From Candidatus Pelearchaeum maunauluense (GTDB lineage Archaea; Thermoproteota; Nitrososphaeria_A; Caldarchaeales; Caldarchaeaceae): a stretch of DNA of 24,000 nucleotides. The first letter of the stretch is position 1, and every line of letters begins with the position of its first letter. The translations under genes were made by a program, and so were the position numbers. This document shows positions 12,856 through 21,245 of this stretch, piece by piece. The stretch covers positions 219 through 24,218 of the forward strand of contig JANVYQ010000013.1 in assembly GCA_030059675.1 (NCBI GenBank), in the 5' to 3' direction. The notes below the pieces were generated by a model. The model saw nothing but the letters and a program-made list of their open reading frames with translations. It did not search any database and had not been told where the DNA came from.

Positions 12856-15639
12856 TCACCCAGCTACAAGCTTTCTTATGACGTATTGCAGTATCCCTCC
12901 ATGTTTATAATACTCCACCTCTATCGGCGTTTCTAACCTTGCAATCACGTTAAATGTTATCTCTGTTCCATCATCTTTCTTTGCTTTTACTTTGAGTTTC
13001 TTTCTTGGTGTTAGGCCGTCTGCTATTCCCTCTATGTCGTATGTCTCGTGTCCTGTTAAGCCTAGTGATTTCCAGCTCTGGCCTTCTTCAAACTGTAGTG
13101 GTAGGACGCCCATTCCTACTAGGTTGCTTCTGTGTATTCTTTCGTAGCTCTCTGCTATCACGGCCCTAACGCCTAGGAGGCGTGTTCCTTTGGCAGCCCA
13201 GTCGCGTGAGCTTCCCGCTCCGTATTGCTTTCCTGCCAGGATTATGAGTGGTATGTTCTGCTGCATGTAGCGCATAGCAGCGTCATAAACGGGCATGACC
13301 TCCCCAGTTGGGTGGTAGAGCGTCCACCAGCCCTCCTTATCGGGAACGAGCTGGTTCCTCAGCCTGATGTTGGCGAACGTCCCCCTTATCATGACCTCGT
13401 GATTACCCCGCCGCGCGCCGTATGTGTTAAAATCAACCGGGTCTACACCCATGTCTATGAGGTATCTTCCAGCGGGGCTTGCTGGCGGTATTGCGCCTGC
13501 TGGGGATATGTGGTCTGTTGTTACCCTGTCTCCAAGCAGAACCAGTACCCGCGCCCCCTTTATGTCCGTCGGCGACGGTGGCTCCAGCTTGATGTCGCTG
13601 AAGAATGGGGGCTCGCGTATGTATGTGGAGCGGGTGTCCCACTCGTATATCTCGCCTCTAGGTGATTCTAGGCTCTCCCAACGCTCATCACCCCTAAAGA
13701 CGTCGGCGTATTTACGCTTGAACATCTCTGGGTCTAGAGACTTCCTGATGGTTTCTTTGATTTCTTCCATACTGGGCCATATGTCGCGTAGGTAGATTGG
13801 GTTGCCGTTTTTGTCGCTTCCTATGGGCTCGTTGAGCAGGTCTATGTCCATACGCCCAGCCAGGCCGTAGGCAACAACCAAGATGGGCGACATTAGGAAA
13901 CTAGCCCTAACCAACGGGTGGATTCTGCCTTCAAAGTTTCTATTACCGCTTAGAACGGCGACGGTGTAGAGGTCGTTATCCTTTATTGCCTTGGCAACGA
14001 CTTCGGGAAGCGGGCCGCTATTACCTATGCAGGTAGTGCATCCATAGCCGACGACGTTATACTTAAGGCTCTCAAGATACTTGGCCAGCCCTGCCCTCTC
14101 AAGATATTCTGTTACTACCATGGAGCCTGGCGCTAGGCTTGTTTTGACGTAAGGCTTCACGCTTAGACCTTTTTCCACTGCCTTCTTGGCTAGGAGGCCA
14201 GCTCCTATCATTACTGCAGGGTTTGAGGTGTTTGTGCAGCTTGTTATGGCTGATATGACTACTGCTCCATGCGTTATCTCGGTCTCTTCACCATCTACAC
14301 GGAGCTTGACGCTGGGCAGCCCCACTTTGCGGGCTACGGACTGGGCTCCAGCCGCGCCTCCTCCCTCATAAAACCAGACATGGTCATCCTCCACCTCAAC
14401 GGATATACCCCTCTGCTTAAGGTAGCTGCTCATTATCTCAATAAACCGCTTCTTCGCCTCGCGTAGTGGTATCCTGTCCTCTGGATTGGCAGGCCCAGCT
14501 ATTGAGGGCTCAACCTCGCTCATATCCAGCTCTATGACGGCGCTATACCGCGGCTCGCTGGCCTCGTCGTAGAAGAGGGCCTGGGTCTTGGCGTATTTCT
14601 CAACGAGCTTGATATGCTGCTCCTCGCGGCCTGTGAGTCTGAGGTATGATATTGTCTCCTCGTCTATCGGGAAGAACCCTACCGTAGCACCGTATTCTGG
14701 GGCCATGTTGGCTACGGTGGCCCTGTCAGCTATGCTGAGCTTCTTGAGGCCTGGGCCGTAGTATTCAACAAACTTGCCTACAACTCCGTGTTTTCTGAGC
14801 TTCTCGGTTATCGTCAGCACCAGGTCTGTTGCTGTTGAGCCGCGGGGTAGCTCGCCGTCAAGCCTTACCCCCACAACCTCTGGGATGGGCATGTAGTATG
14901 GCTGGCCCAGCATAACCGCTTCTGCCTCAATCCCCCCAACACCCCAGCCGAGAACACCCAGCGCATTAACCATAGGAGTATGCGAGTCAGTGCCAAGCAG
15001 GGTGTCGGGAAAAGCCACACCATCACGAACATCAACAACACGCGCCAAATACTCCAGATTAACCTGATGAACAATACCCCGACCAGGTGGCACAACCCTG
15101 AAATTCTTGAAAGCCTGCTGAGCCCACTTAAGGAACAGATACCTCTCGCGATTCCTCTCAAACTCCTTCTCAATATTGAGACTAAAAGCAGTAGGGGAGC
15201 CGAAGAAGTCAACCTGTATTGAGTGGTCTATTACTAGATCAACTGGGACCAGCGGGTTTATCTTGCTTGGGTCGCCTCCCAGTCTTCGCAGGGCTGAACG
15301 CATGGCCGCGAGGTCCACTACCGCGGGCACGCCTGTAAAGTCTTGTAGAAGAACGCGAGTCGGCTTAAATGGGATTTCAGAGGATTTGGAAGAAACACCA
15401 GGCCTCCAAGAAGCCAGACTCCTAACATCATCCTCGGTTACTATCTCATTATCCACGTTGCGCAGAATATTCTCCAGTAAAACTCTGATACTATAAGGAA
15501 GCTCTGACAGGGTTGTTAAGCCTTTCTTTTCCAGGCTCCTGAGGCTGTAGTATTTTACCTCCAGCCCGTCGGAAGCTAGAGTAGCCTCTACATGGCTCCT
15601 GAGCATCCCACCGCCCTTAAGGCTGCCTGTGAATACCAT
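12856..15639 (-). CDS. acnA: Aconitate hydratase (AcnA/IRP type)
   Basis: 927 aa. Fe-S ligand regions ITSCTNTSNP and GCTTCIGNSG, GTDSHT, and the C-terminal swivel domain (GKQYGAGSSRDWAAKG). Confidence 0.95.
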   Translation of the reverse strand: MVFTGSLKGGGMLRSHVEATLASDGLEVKYYSLRSLEKKGLTTLSELPYSIRVLLENILRNVDNEIVTEDDVRSLASWRPGVSSKSSEIPFKPTRVLLQDFTGVPAVVDLAAMRSALRRLGGDPSKINPLVPVDLVIDHSIQVDFFGSPTAFSLNIEKEFERNRERYLFLKWAQQAFKNFRVVPPGRGIVHQVNLEYLARVVDVRDGVAFPDTLLGTDSHTPMVNALGVLGWGVGGIEAEAVMLGQPYYMPIPEVVGVRLDGELPRGSTATDLVLTITEKLRKHGVVGKFVEYYGPGLKKLSIADRATVANMAPEYGATVGFFPIDEETISYLRLTGREEQHIKLVEKYAKTQALFYDEASEPRYSAVIELDMSEVEPSIAGPANPEDRIPLREAKKRFIEIMSSYLKQRGISVEVEDDHVWFYEGGGAAGAQSVARKVGLPSVKLRVDGEETEITHGAVVISAITSCTNTSNPAVMIGAGLLAKKAVEKGLSVKPYVKTSLAPGSMVVTEYLERAGLAKYLESLKYNVVGYGCTTCIGNSGPLPEVVAKAIKDNDLYTVAVLSGNRNFEGRIHPLVRASFLMSPILVVAYGLAGRMDIDLLNEPIGSDKNGNPIYLRDIWPSMEEIKETIRKSLDPEMFKRKYADVFRGDERWESLESPRGEIYEWDTRSTYIREPPFFSDIKLEPPSPTDIKGARVLVLLGDRVTTDHISPAGAIPPASPAGRYLIDMGVDPVDFNTYGARRGNHEVMIRGTFANIRLRNQLVPDKEGWWTLYHPTGEVMPVYDAAMRYMQQNIPLIILAGKQYGAGSSRDWAAKGTRLLGVRAVIAESYERIHRSNLVGMGVLPLQFEEGQSWKSLGLTGHETYDIEGIADGLTPRKKLKVKAKKDDGTEITFNVIARLETPIEVEYYKHGGILQYVIRKLVAG

Positions 15640-15674
15640 GATTTAACTCTGTGGCAACAGCTAGATTATGAGGC

Positions 15675-16079
15675 CTAATCTTCTGAAGGTTCTGGAGAGT
15701 AGAGCTCAGCCAGTATATCCCTTACCGATATTACGCCTACCAGCTCCTTATCAGAATTAACCACTACCACATGCCTTATCTTATGCTGGTCCATCGTCTT
15801 CGCCGCTTCTTCCAGCGTCGCATCCTCATGCAGCGCTATTATATCACGCTTGCACAACGTGCCTACCTTCGCGTCAAGGCCCTTACCCACAGCCAACGCT
15901 CTTATAACATCCCTCTCAGACAGGACGCCGACCATCTTCCCGCCCTCCATAACCACGAGAAAGCCTATGTTCTCAACCGCCATCAGCTTGATAACATCAT
16001 GCACAGTACTATCTCCATCTATGGTTATTGGCTTCTTCCTAACCATATCCTTCAGTCTCATTAAAACCTCAGAATACAT
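15675..16079 (-). CDS. CBS-domain pair protein
   Basis: 134 aa with two CBS repeats (GFLVVMEGGKMVGVLSERDVIRAL; HVVVVNSDKELVGVISVRDIL). TATATAT at 16088-16094 lies only about 12 nt from ATG 16079 but about 30 nt from ATG 16061 (M7). The real start may therefore be 16061, with a leaderless transcript. Confidence 0.8.
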   Translation of the reverse strand: MYSEVLMRLKDMVRKKPITIDGDSTVHDVIKLMAVENIGFLVVMEGGKMVGVLSERDVIRALAVGKGLDAKVGTLCKRDIIALHEDATLEEAAKTMDQHKIRHVVVVNSDKELVGVISVRDILAELYSPEPSED

Positions 16080-16110
16080 GATGGTGGTATATATCGTCTA
16101 ACCAGATTAT

Positions 16111-16228
16111 TGGTGCGGGGGGTGGGATTTGAACCCACGAACCCCTTCGGGAGCAGGTCTTGAGCCTGCCGCTTTCAAGGGGAGCTTTCCTTTGTTGCTC
16201 CTCTTTGACCAGGCTCGGCTACCCCCGC
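16111..16228 (-). tRNA. tRNA-Leu(CAA) with an approximately 30-nt non-canonical intron in the D-arm; CCA encoded
   Basis: Minus-strand hand fold: acceptor GCGGGGG/CCCCCGC; anticodon arm GCAGG-CTCAAGA-CCTGC (anticodon CAA); long variable arm TCCCGAAGGGGTTC; T-arm GTGGG-TTCAAAT-CCCAC; discriminator A plus CCA. The D-arm GCCGAGCCTGGTCAAAG|GCG is interrupted by AGGAGCAACAAAGGAAAGCTCCCCTTGAAA (about 16173-16202), which carries a GGAGC/GCTCC hairpin. Confidence 0.85.
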
Positions 16229-16256
16229 CCAGAGTATATTATCCTGCTGCTGGTTT

Positions 16257-16535
16257 TTAGGGTTTTGTTATTGTTCTTAGCTCTTCGTGTAATGTTGTGA
16301 GGGCTTGGGCTAGTTTTGTCTCTCTTCTTAGGGTTATCAGCTTAACGCCTTCCAGGTTTGCCGACTGTATTAAGCCTAGGTTTTCCAGGTTGGCTGTTAC
16401 CCGCGCTACTGTTGATGGCGCCAGTCCTGTCATCCTCGCGAGGTGGTTTTGGCTAAATCCCTTGCCGCGGTTCTCTATCAGGAATTGTATGAGCTTGGCA
16501 TGTGCTTTTGATGCGAATATCTCGTCAAGCTTCAT
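16257..16535 (-). CDS. Small winged-helix transcriptional regulator (MarR/ArsR-like)
   Basis: 92 aa. The HTH segment FSQNHLARMTGLAPSTVARVTANLENLGLI. It begins 4 nt after the pyrH stop, so it is probably co-transcribed with pyrH. Confidence 0.6.
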   Translation of the reverse strand: MKLDEIFASKAHAKLIQFLIENRGKGFSQNHLARMTGLAPSTVARVTANLENLGLIQSANLEGVKLITLRRETKLAQALTTLHEELRTITKP

Positions 16536-16538
16536 GCG

Positions 16539-17228
16539 CTATCCCCTTACTATTGTCCCAGCGCTTCTGCCGAGTATAGCCTCCCTGACCGTCTCCAGCT
16601 TGCTGCCATTCACGTAGTAGAGCGGTATCTTGACTCTCTTTAGCATGGCGAGGCCTACGGCATCTATTACTGGATACTCGCCAGCCCGCTGTGAGAAGCC
16701 CTGCATCATGCTCTCCAGCTCCTCGTAGGAGAGCTGCTTTATGAGCCGCGCATCTTTTGAGCGCTTGGGGTCTTCTGTGTATATTCCATCAACGTCTGTC
16801 GCGACTACTATCCGCTCCGCTTTTATGAGCGAGGCCGCTAGGGCTGAGACGGCCATGGTTGACTGGCCTGGCTGCATGCCTCCTGTTATTACTATCTTTC
16901 CCCTGCCTGTTAGGGTTTTTAGCTCTTCCATGGATGTTGGTATTGCTTGCTCGGCCGTGTCGCCTAGTGCCAGTGCTAGGAGCTCCGCGTTGGCTCTTGT
17001 GAGCCTTACCGCGAGCATGTCGCATCTTGTTTCATCAGCCCCCAGCTCTCGCGCGGCCCTTACGTAGCGTCTAGCGACATGGCCGCCGCCGACCACGATA
17101 ACCCACTTACCAGAGCCATCATAAAGCTCGCGGATGAGCCGCGCATACTCCCTAAGAAGTCCGATATCCACATCCTCACCAAAGAGGAGGTGCCCGCCCA
17201 GCTTGATGACTATGTTCAAAGACCCCAT
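16539..17228 (-). CDS. pyrH: UMP kinase (archaeal uridylate kinase)
   Basis: 229 aa amino-acid-kinase fold: IVIKLGGHLL, VVGGGHVARRY, ITGGMQPGQSTMAVSALAA, ATDVDGIYTEDPK. Confidence 0.85.
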   Translation of the reverse strand: MGSLNIVIKLGGHLLFGEDVDIGLLREYARLIRELYDGSGKWVIVVGGGHVARRYVRAARELGADETRCDMLAVRLTRANAELLALALGDTAEQAIPTSMEELKTLTGRGKIVITGGMQPGQSTMAVSALAASLIKAERIVVATDVDGIYTEDPKRSKDARLIKQLSYEELESMMQGFSQRAGEYPVIDAVGLAMLKRVKIPLYYVNGSKLETVREAILGRSAGTIVRG

Positions 17229-17393
17229 CCAAGGGTGTTTTGGGTGTATGAGAGGCTTAAAGGGTTAACGTCTCTCGGTGGGGAAACCTATTTTATTAAG
17301 GAGAGGGATTCTTAGGTTTGATTGAGTGGGTTGAAGCTGGCTTTGCATAGCCTATCCTAGTTGGTGGCTCCTTTTCTGCGGGGTTTCTTAGCC

Positions 17394-18653
17394 ATGAGTT
17401 TATCGGGGAGAGATTCGGTTACCCTTTACAAGTTTAGGCGCATGCTGGAGGAGTTGGAGCGGAAGCAGGGCAGGGGGACGGAGCTGGTAACGCTCTACAT
17501 ACCGCCTGACAAGCAGATATCCGACGTAATCTCTTATCTCAGGCAGGAATACGCAACAGCGTCCAACATCAAGTCAAAGCAGACACGAAAGAATGTGCAG
17601 GACGCTATTGAGAGCGCCATACAGAGGCTAAAGCTCTTCCCATCACCAGGGAAGACGGGCTTGGTGATATTCAGCGGCGTAATACCCCAGAACGGCCCTG
17701 GAACCGAGCGTCTAGAGGTTTATCATATAATACCGCCTGAGCCGATATCCATATTCCTATACAGGTGCGACAGCAGGTTTCATGTGGAGCATCTGAAAGA
17801 CCTTTTGAAGGAGAAGGATGTCTACGGCGTTATAGCGATTGATAACGAGGAAGCCGCTATAGCGGTGATTAAGGGGCGTAGCATAGCTCAGCTAAAGACA
17901 TTCACCTCTGGTGTTCCTGGGAAGCACCACGCAGGAGGCCAATCGGCGCGGCGTTTTGAGCGCCTAAGGGAGATGAGCCTAAACGAGTTCTACAAACGCG
18001 TAGGAGAACACGCCAACGAGATTTTCCTACAATATCATGGGATTAAGGGGATAATAATAGCTGGCCCTGGGCCTACGAAGGAGATATTCGCTGACGGGGA
18101 TTATCTCCACTATACTCTCAGGGATAAGATACATATCGTTGATACGGCTTATTCGGGTGAGAGCGGCGTACGCGAGGCTATAGCTAAGTCTTCAGAGTTT
18201 CTACGCGAGCTTAGGCTTGTTGAGGAGCAGAAGCTCATACAGCAGCTTATGTACGAGGTTACGCGGCCAGATAGCCGCGCGGTGTATGGCGAGAAGTATG
18301 TCCGCGAGGCTCTTAGGAAGAATATGCTGGAGAAGCTCTTCATAATTGAAGATTTGGATAAAAACGAGGTAACGCTGACATGCCAGAACTGCGGCAACAC
18401 CAGCATCTTCACACTTAGCCAGGAGGAGATGCAGTCCGAGCTTCCCAAGAGGCTTGGGGAGCCGTGCCCCAAATGTAATAACTCTACTATGACGATTAAG
18501 GAGATTAAGCCGCTTATAGATGTGCTCATCTCGGAAGCGGAGAACATGGGGACGCGTATTGAGCTAATCTCCTCGGAGCATGAGCAGGGCGAGATGTTTA
18601 AGAGAGCGTTCCAGGGGATAGCTGGTCTTCTCCGCCATCGGGGAGGAAACTAG
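17394..18653 (+). CDS. prf1: Peptide chain release factor aRF1
   Basis: NIKS motif (TASNIKSKQTR) and GGQ motif (HHAGGQSARRFERLRE). The ORF track starts at TTG 17361; ATG 17394 (MSLSGRDSVTLYKFRRMLEEL) matches the usual aRF1 N-terminus. The C-domain carries a C-x2-C ... C-x2-C insertion. Confidence 0.9.
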   Translation: MSLSGRDSVTLYKFRRMLEELERKQGRGTELVTLYIPPDKQISDVISYLRQEYATASNIKSKQTRKNVQDAIESAIQRLKLFPSPGKTGLVIFSGVIPQNGPGTERLEVYHIIPPEPISIFLYRCDSRFHVEHLKDLLKEKDVYGVIAIDNEEAAIAVIKGRSIAQLKTFTSGVPGKHHAGGQSARRFERLREMSLNEFYKRVGEHANEIFLQYHGIKGIIIAGPGPTKEIFADGDYLHYTLRDKIHIVDTAYSGESGVREAIAKSSEFLRELRLVEEQKLIQQLMYEVTRPDSRAVYGEKYVREALRKNMLEKLFIIEDLDKNEVTLTCQNCGNTSIFTLSQEEMQSELPKRLGEPCPKCNNSTMTIKEIKPLIDVLISEAENMGTRIELISSEHEQGEMFKRAFQGIAGLLRHRGGN

Positions 18654-18657
18654 CTGT

Positions 18658-19554
18658 ATGGATAAGGCGGCTCTGCTGGGCCATTACAGCAGGCCAGATG
18701 TGATGGAGAGCATCATAGCATTCTCACGCGGTAGGTGGCTAGCCCTACACTGCGCGGAGCGCGGCAGCGATGGAAAACCAAAAATGGTTAGATACGAGCC
18801 TAATGGCAGAACACCACTAAAAATAAGCAACACGGAAGACTTTAGACGCGTGCTGCTCAGCTGCGACACGCCACGAACATTCTACGCCTCTATACATAGA
18901 TACTCTCTGCTGGAGAGGGCTGAGGATGTGCGGGACATGGATAACATAATATCCACTATGCCCACATGGGATATAGACCCTGTTGATGGATGTTGGGAGG
19001 ATGTTGTAAGGGCTGCCGTGAGTTTGGTTGGTGTTTTGGAGGAGCTGGGGGTTTCGCGCTCGGTTATTGTGAAGTGGAGCGGCGAGGGCGCTCATATCCA
19101 TATACACGGCGAGGCGTTCTCCGAGGATGTTAGGAGGAGATTCCATCCACTAGATATAGCATACGCGGCAACCGAGTATGTCTTACATAGGGCTGGTGAA
19201 ATTCCCCTAGGTGTGAAGGTAGAGAATAAGATTGACCCCCAGCGGGTATTCACCTGCCCGCTCTCCCTGCATAGAGAGCTTAACCGCGTATGTGTATGCA
19301 TAAACCCCAGCGAGCTATACTCGTTCAGCGTGGAATGGACTAGCCCAGAAAACTACCGCCATTATCAAGGCTGGCAGGAATACGTGGATGGGGAGGCCGA
19401 CGAGCTGGCCGAGAAAGCGCTACAAGCCATAGGCCCATACCCGCACCACGCGAGACGGAGGCAGCGGCGAAGGCATCCGCCACTAGACCAACACATAACA
19501 AGAACCCTGCAAAAACTATCAGGAATCGCTGAAGATGATGAAGGAGCTGGGTAG
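18658..19554 (+). CDS. Archaeo-eukaryotic primase (AEP) catalytic subunit, PriS-like
   Basis: 298 aa. AEP motifs in the canonical order: motif I TWDIDPVD (D105, D107), motif II KWSGEGAHIHI (S141-G-x-G-x-H146), motif III KIDPQRVFTCPLSLH (D193 ... H205). The N-terminal region follows the PriS pattern (RTFYASIHRY upstream of motif I). The C-terminal tail is arginine-rich (ARRRQRRRH). It starts 4 nt after the aRF1 stop. Confidence 0.55.
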   Translation: MDKAALLGHYSRPDVMESIIAFSRGRWLALHCAERGSDGKPKMVRYEPNGRTPLKISNTEDFRRVLLSCDTPRTFYASIHRYSLLERAEDVRDMDNIISTMPTWDIDPVDGCWEDVVRAAVSLVGVLEELGVSRSVIVKWSGEGAHIHIHGEAFSEDVRRRFHPLDIAYAATEYVLHRAGEIPLGVKVENKIDPQRVFTCPLSLHRELNRVCVCINPSELYSFSVEWTSPENYRHYQGWQEYVDGEADELAEKALQAIGPYPHHARRRQRRRHPPLDQHITRTLQKLSGIAEDDEGAG

Positions 19555-19563
19555 AAACTAGGG

Positions 19564-20763
19564 CTATGTCTCCAGCCCGAATTTCGTCTCCCACATCTGT
19601 TGCGCCAGCTTCCCCTCGCGGGTGAATAGGTGATATTTTTCCCGCGCCTCCTCCCGCGCCTCCTGATGCCTCTCCAAGAACTTAACAACCTTCTCTATCA
19701 GTATCTCCTTCATCTCACCGCTCAGCAGCTTACCGCTCATATAGTCCTGGCGTAGCTGCTCCACCTTCTTGTCGTCTTCCTCAAAGAAGTAGTATAGCCA
19801 CTGGTACGCCACGTCCACGTCTGGGTTTCCACCGTATTTGCGGTGTAGCTCTACCGTGGGCTGCCCACCTGAGAACGCTTGCCATATCTTCTTCCTCACG
19901 CTCTTAGCATCATCATTTAGGAAGATTGCCGTCTCGCGCTGCGATGCGCTCATCTTACCCTCAGGCCCGCTCAGCGGCATCAGGAACTTACTATGTATAG
20001 CGGCCGTCTTGAAGTAGCCTAGGCTCTCAGCTATGTCGCGCTGAACACGCCAGTACGGGTCTTGGTCTATCGCAGCGGGTATGAGGCAGCGCCTCCTCTC
20101 AAAGAACGCTGGGACTATCTGGATGGCTGGGTAGAATATCATGCCGATGTTCGTCTGGTGGTCAAAGCCGAAGACAGCCCTAACCCAGCTAAAATTCACC
20201 TTCCGCGCAACCCTGATGGCGAGAGGATACATATTCCCGATGAAGTCAACATCCTGGAAGATGAAAGTCCTGTCTGGGTCAAAGCCAACAGCTATGATAT
20301 CCAGTATATTCTCATAAGACCAGCGCCGCGTTTCCTCAAGCGTCAGGCCACGCTTCTCCTCCAAGAACTTCTCGTCATCAGTTATCTGGATGTATAGGTT
20401 GACTTTGAAGCGTTCCTGTAGCCATTTGGTAAAGTGGAAGGGAATTATATGCCCTATGTGCATGGGGCCGCTCGGCCCCCTGCCCGTGTATAGGAAGAAC
20501 CCCCTCCCAGCCTCGTAGTCGTCTAGGGCATGGTTTAGGTCGCGGTGGGAGAAGAATATTCTACGCCGCAGCATGTGGTTGCTTCCGCCCGCCAGGCTCA
20601 CCAACCGCTGGAGAAGCTCGTCGGTTATCAGCTCCGTCCCAAACTCCTTGACAAGCCGCTCATAATCTACCTGGCCCCTAACCTCCCAGGGGGTTACGGT
20701 AAAGTCTGTTTCTTGTTTATTGTTTTTGGGCTGTCCAAAGAGAGCCACCTGCCATGCCCTCAC
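19564..20763 (-). CDS. trpS: Tryptophanyl-tRNA synthetase (archaeal/eukaryotic type)
   Basis: 399 aa. VTPWEVRGQVDYERLVKEFG at the N-terminus, a HIGH-class motif (PMHIGHIIPF) and a KMSKS-class motif (GKMSAS). Confidence 0.9.
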   Translation of the reverse strand: MRAWQVALFGQPKNNKQETDFTVTPWEVRGQVDYERLVKEFGTELITDELLQRLVSLAGGSNHMLRRRIFFSHRDLNHALDDYEAGRGFFLYTGRGPSGPMHIGHIIPFHFTKWLQERFKVNLYIQITDDEKFLEEKRGLTLEETRRWSYENILDIIAVGFDPDRTFIFQDVDFIGNMYPLAIRVARKVNFSWVRAVFGFDHQTNIGMIFYPAIQIVPAFFERRRCLIPAAIDQDPYWRVQRDIAESLGYFKTAAIHSKFLMPLSGPEGKMSASQRETAIFLNDDAKSVRKKIWQAFSGGQPTVELHRKYGGNPDVDVAYQWLYYFFEEDDKKVEQLRQDYMSGKLLSGEMKEILIEKVVKFLERHQEAREEAREKYHLFTREGKLAQQMWETKFGLET

Positions 20764-20832
20764 CTACCTCTGGCCATCGGGCTCTGTGTGCGGTTCTTAA
20801 AAACGTTTCTAGACGATGGAGGAGACTGATAG

Positions 20833-21219
20833 CTATCGCTCCTCAACCGCCACGCCCTGCTCTCTGAGCAGCTCCAAGACCCTTTCCAGATGCTCATCCC
20901 TGACTAGTATGTGGTCTGTTGAGTAGGATGAGAAGACGAGTATGGGGATTCTCTTCTCTGCCAACATACCCGCGACGCAGGCTAGGAATCCCACGGTCTC
21001 AAACGGGATTACCGCGTCAAACGTCAGGACACGCCAGCCGAGGCTTGCTTCTATAACACTCCCCTCGTCTTATCTAGACTGCTCAACCACTACGGTTATC
21101 TCCCTCTTATCAACTATGTTGGCCAGCGCCTATGGGTGCGGCTTCCTAGATTTTATCACCGCGAACCTCTCCCGCCAGACATACGCCCTAGCATCGCCGA
21201 GATAGCTGCTCAGCCCCAC
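20833..21219 (-). pseudogene. ACT-domain (ACT_7-like) gene interrupted by two in-frame stop codons
   Basis: One minus-strand frame reads (V)GLSSYLGDARAYVWRERFAVIKSRKPHP-TAG-ALANIVDKREITVVVEQSR-TAA-DEGSVIEASLGWRVLTFDAVIPFETVGFLACVAGMLAEKRIPILVFSSYSTDHILVRDEHLERVLELLREQGVAVEER-TAG. The last 78 aa match the ACT_7-type pattern (G.L.F..vG.la.i...La...I.i...S.y.TD.ilV). Internal stops are TAG at 21132..21130 and TAA at 21072..21070. There is no frameshift. Confidence 0.65.
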
Positions 21220-21245
21220 ATAATCTTGAGAGGCTCCAGGAAATA

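Noticed and set aside
13225-15496. Several 60-146-aa ORFs within or antisense to acnA (13225..13665, 13424..13795, 14865..15212, 15176..15496 and others). Similar antisense ORFs occur inside mre11, pus10, srp54, pyrH, PriS-like, trpS and the nucleoside hydrolase gene.
   Set aside because: All lie inside strongly supported genes, are rich in Ser, Arg and Leu as expected for off-frame translation of GC-rich coding sequence, and carry no recognisable motifs.
17361-17393. N-terminal extension of aRF1 from TTG 17361 (MVAPFLRGFLA).
   Set aside because: The ATG at 17394 gives an N-terminus that matches the aRF1 family, and the extension has no counterpart there. The extension would, however, shorten an otherwise fairly long 5' UTR, so the transcription start should be mapped.
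20942-21205. 87-aa plus-strand ORF from the track.
   Set aside because: It is low-complexity and has no recognisable motif. It lies exactly antisense to the much more protein-like ACT-domain reading frame.
20833-21219. Stop-codon reassignment or readthrough (TAG/TAA as sense), prompted by the in-frame stops in the ACT gene and the aRF1 gene a few kb away.
   Set aside because: TAG and TAA both terminate well-supported genes in this window at the expected protein ends: TAG for the SagB-like gene, the aminotransferase and aRF1; TAA for L10e, RNase HI and the nucleoside hydrolase. A pseudogene or sequence error is the simpler explanation.
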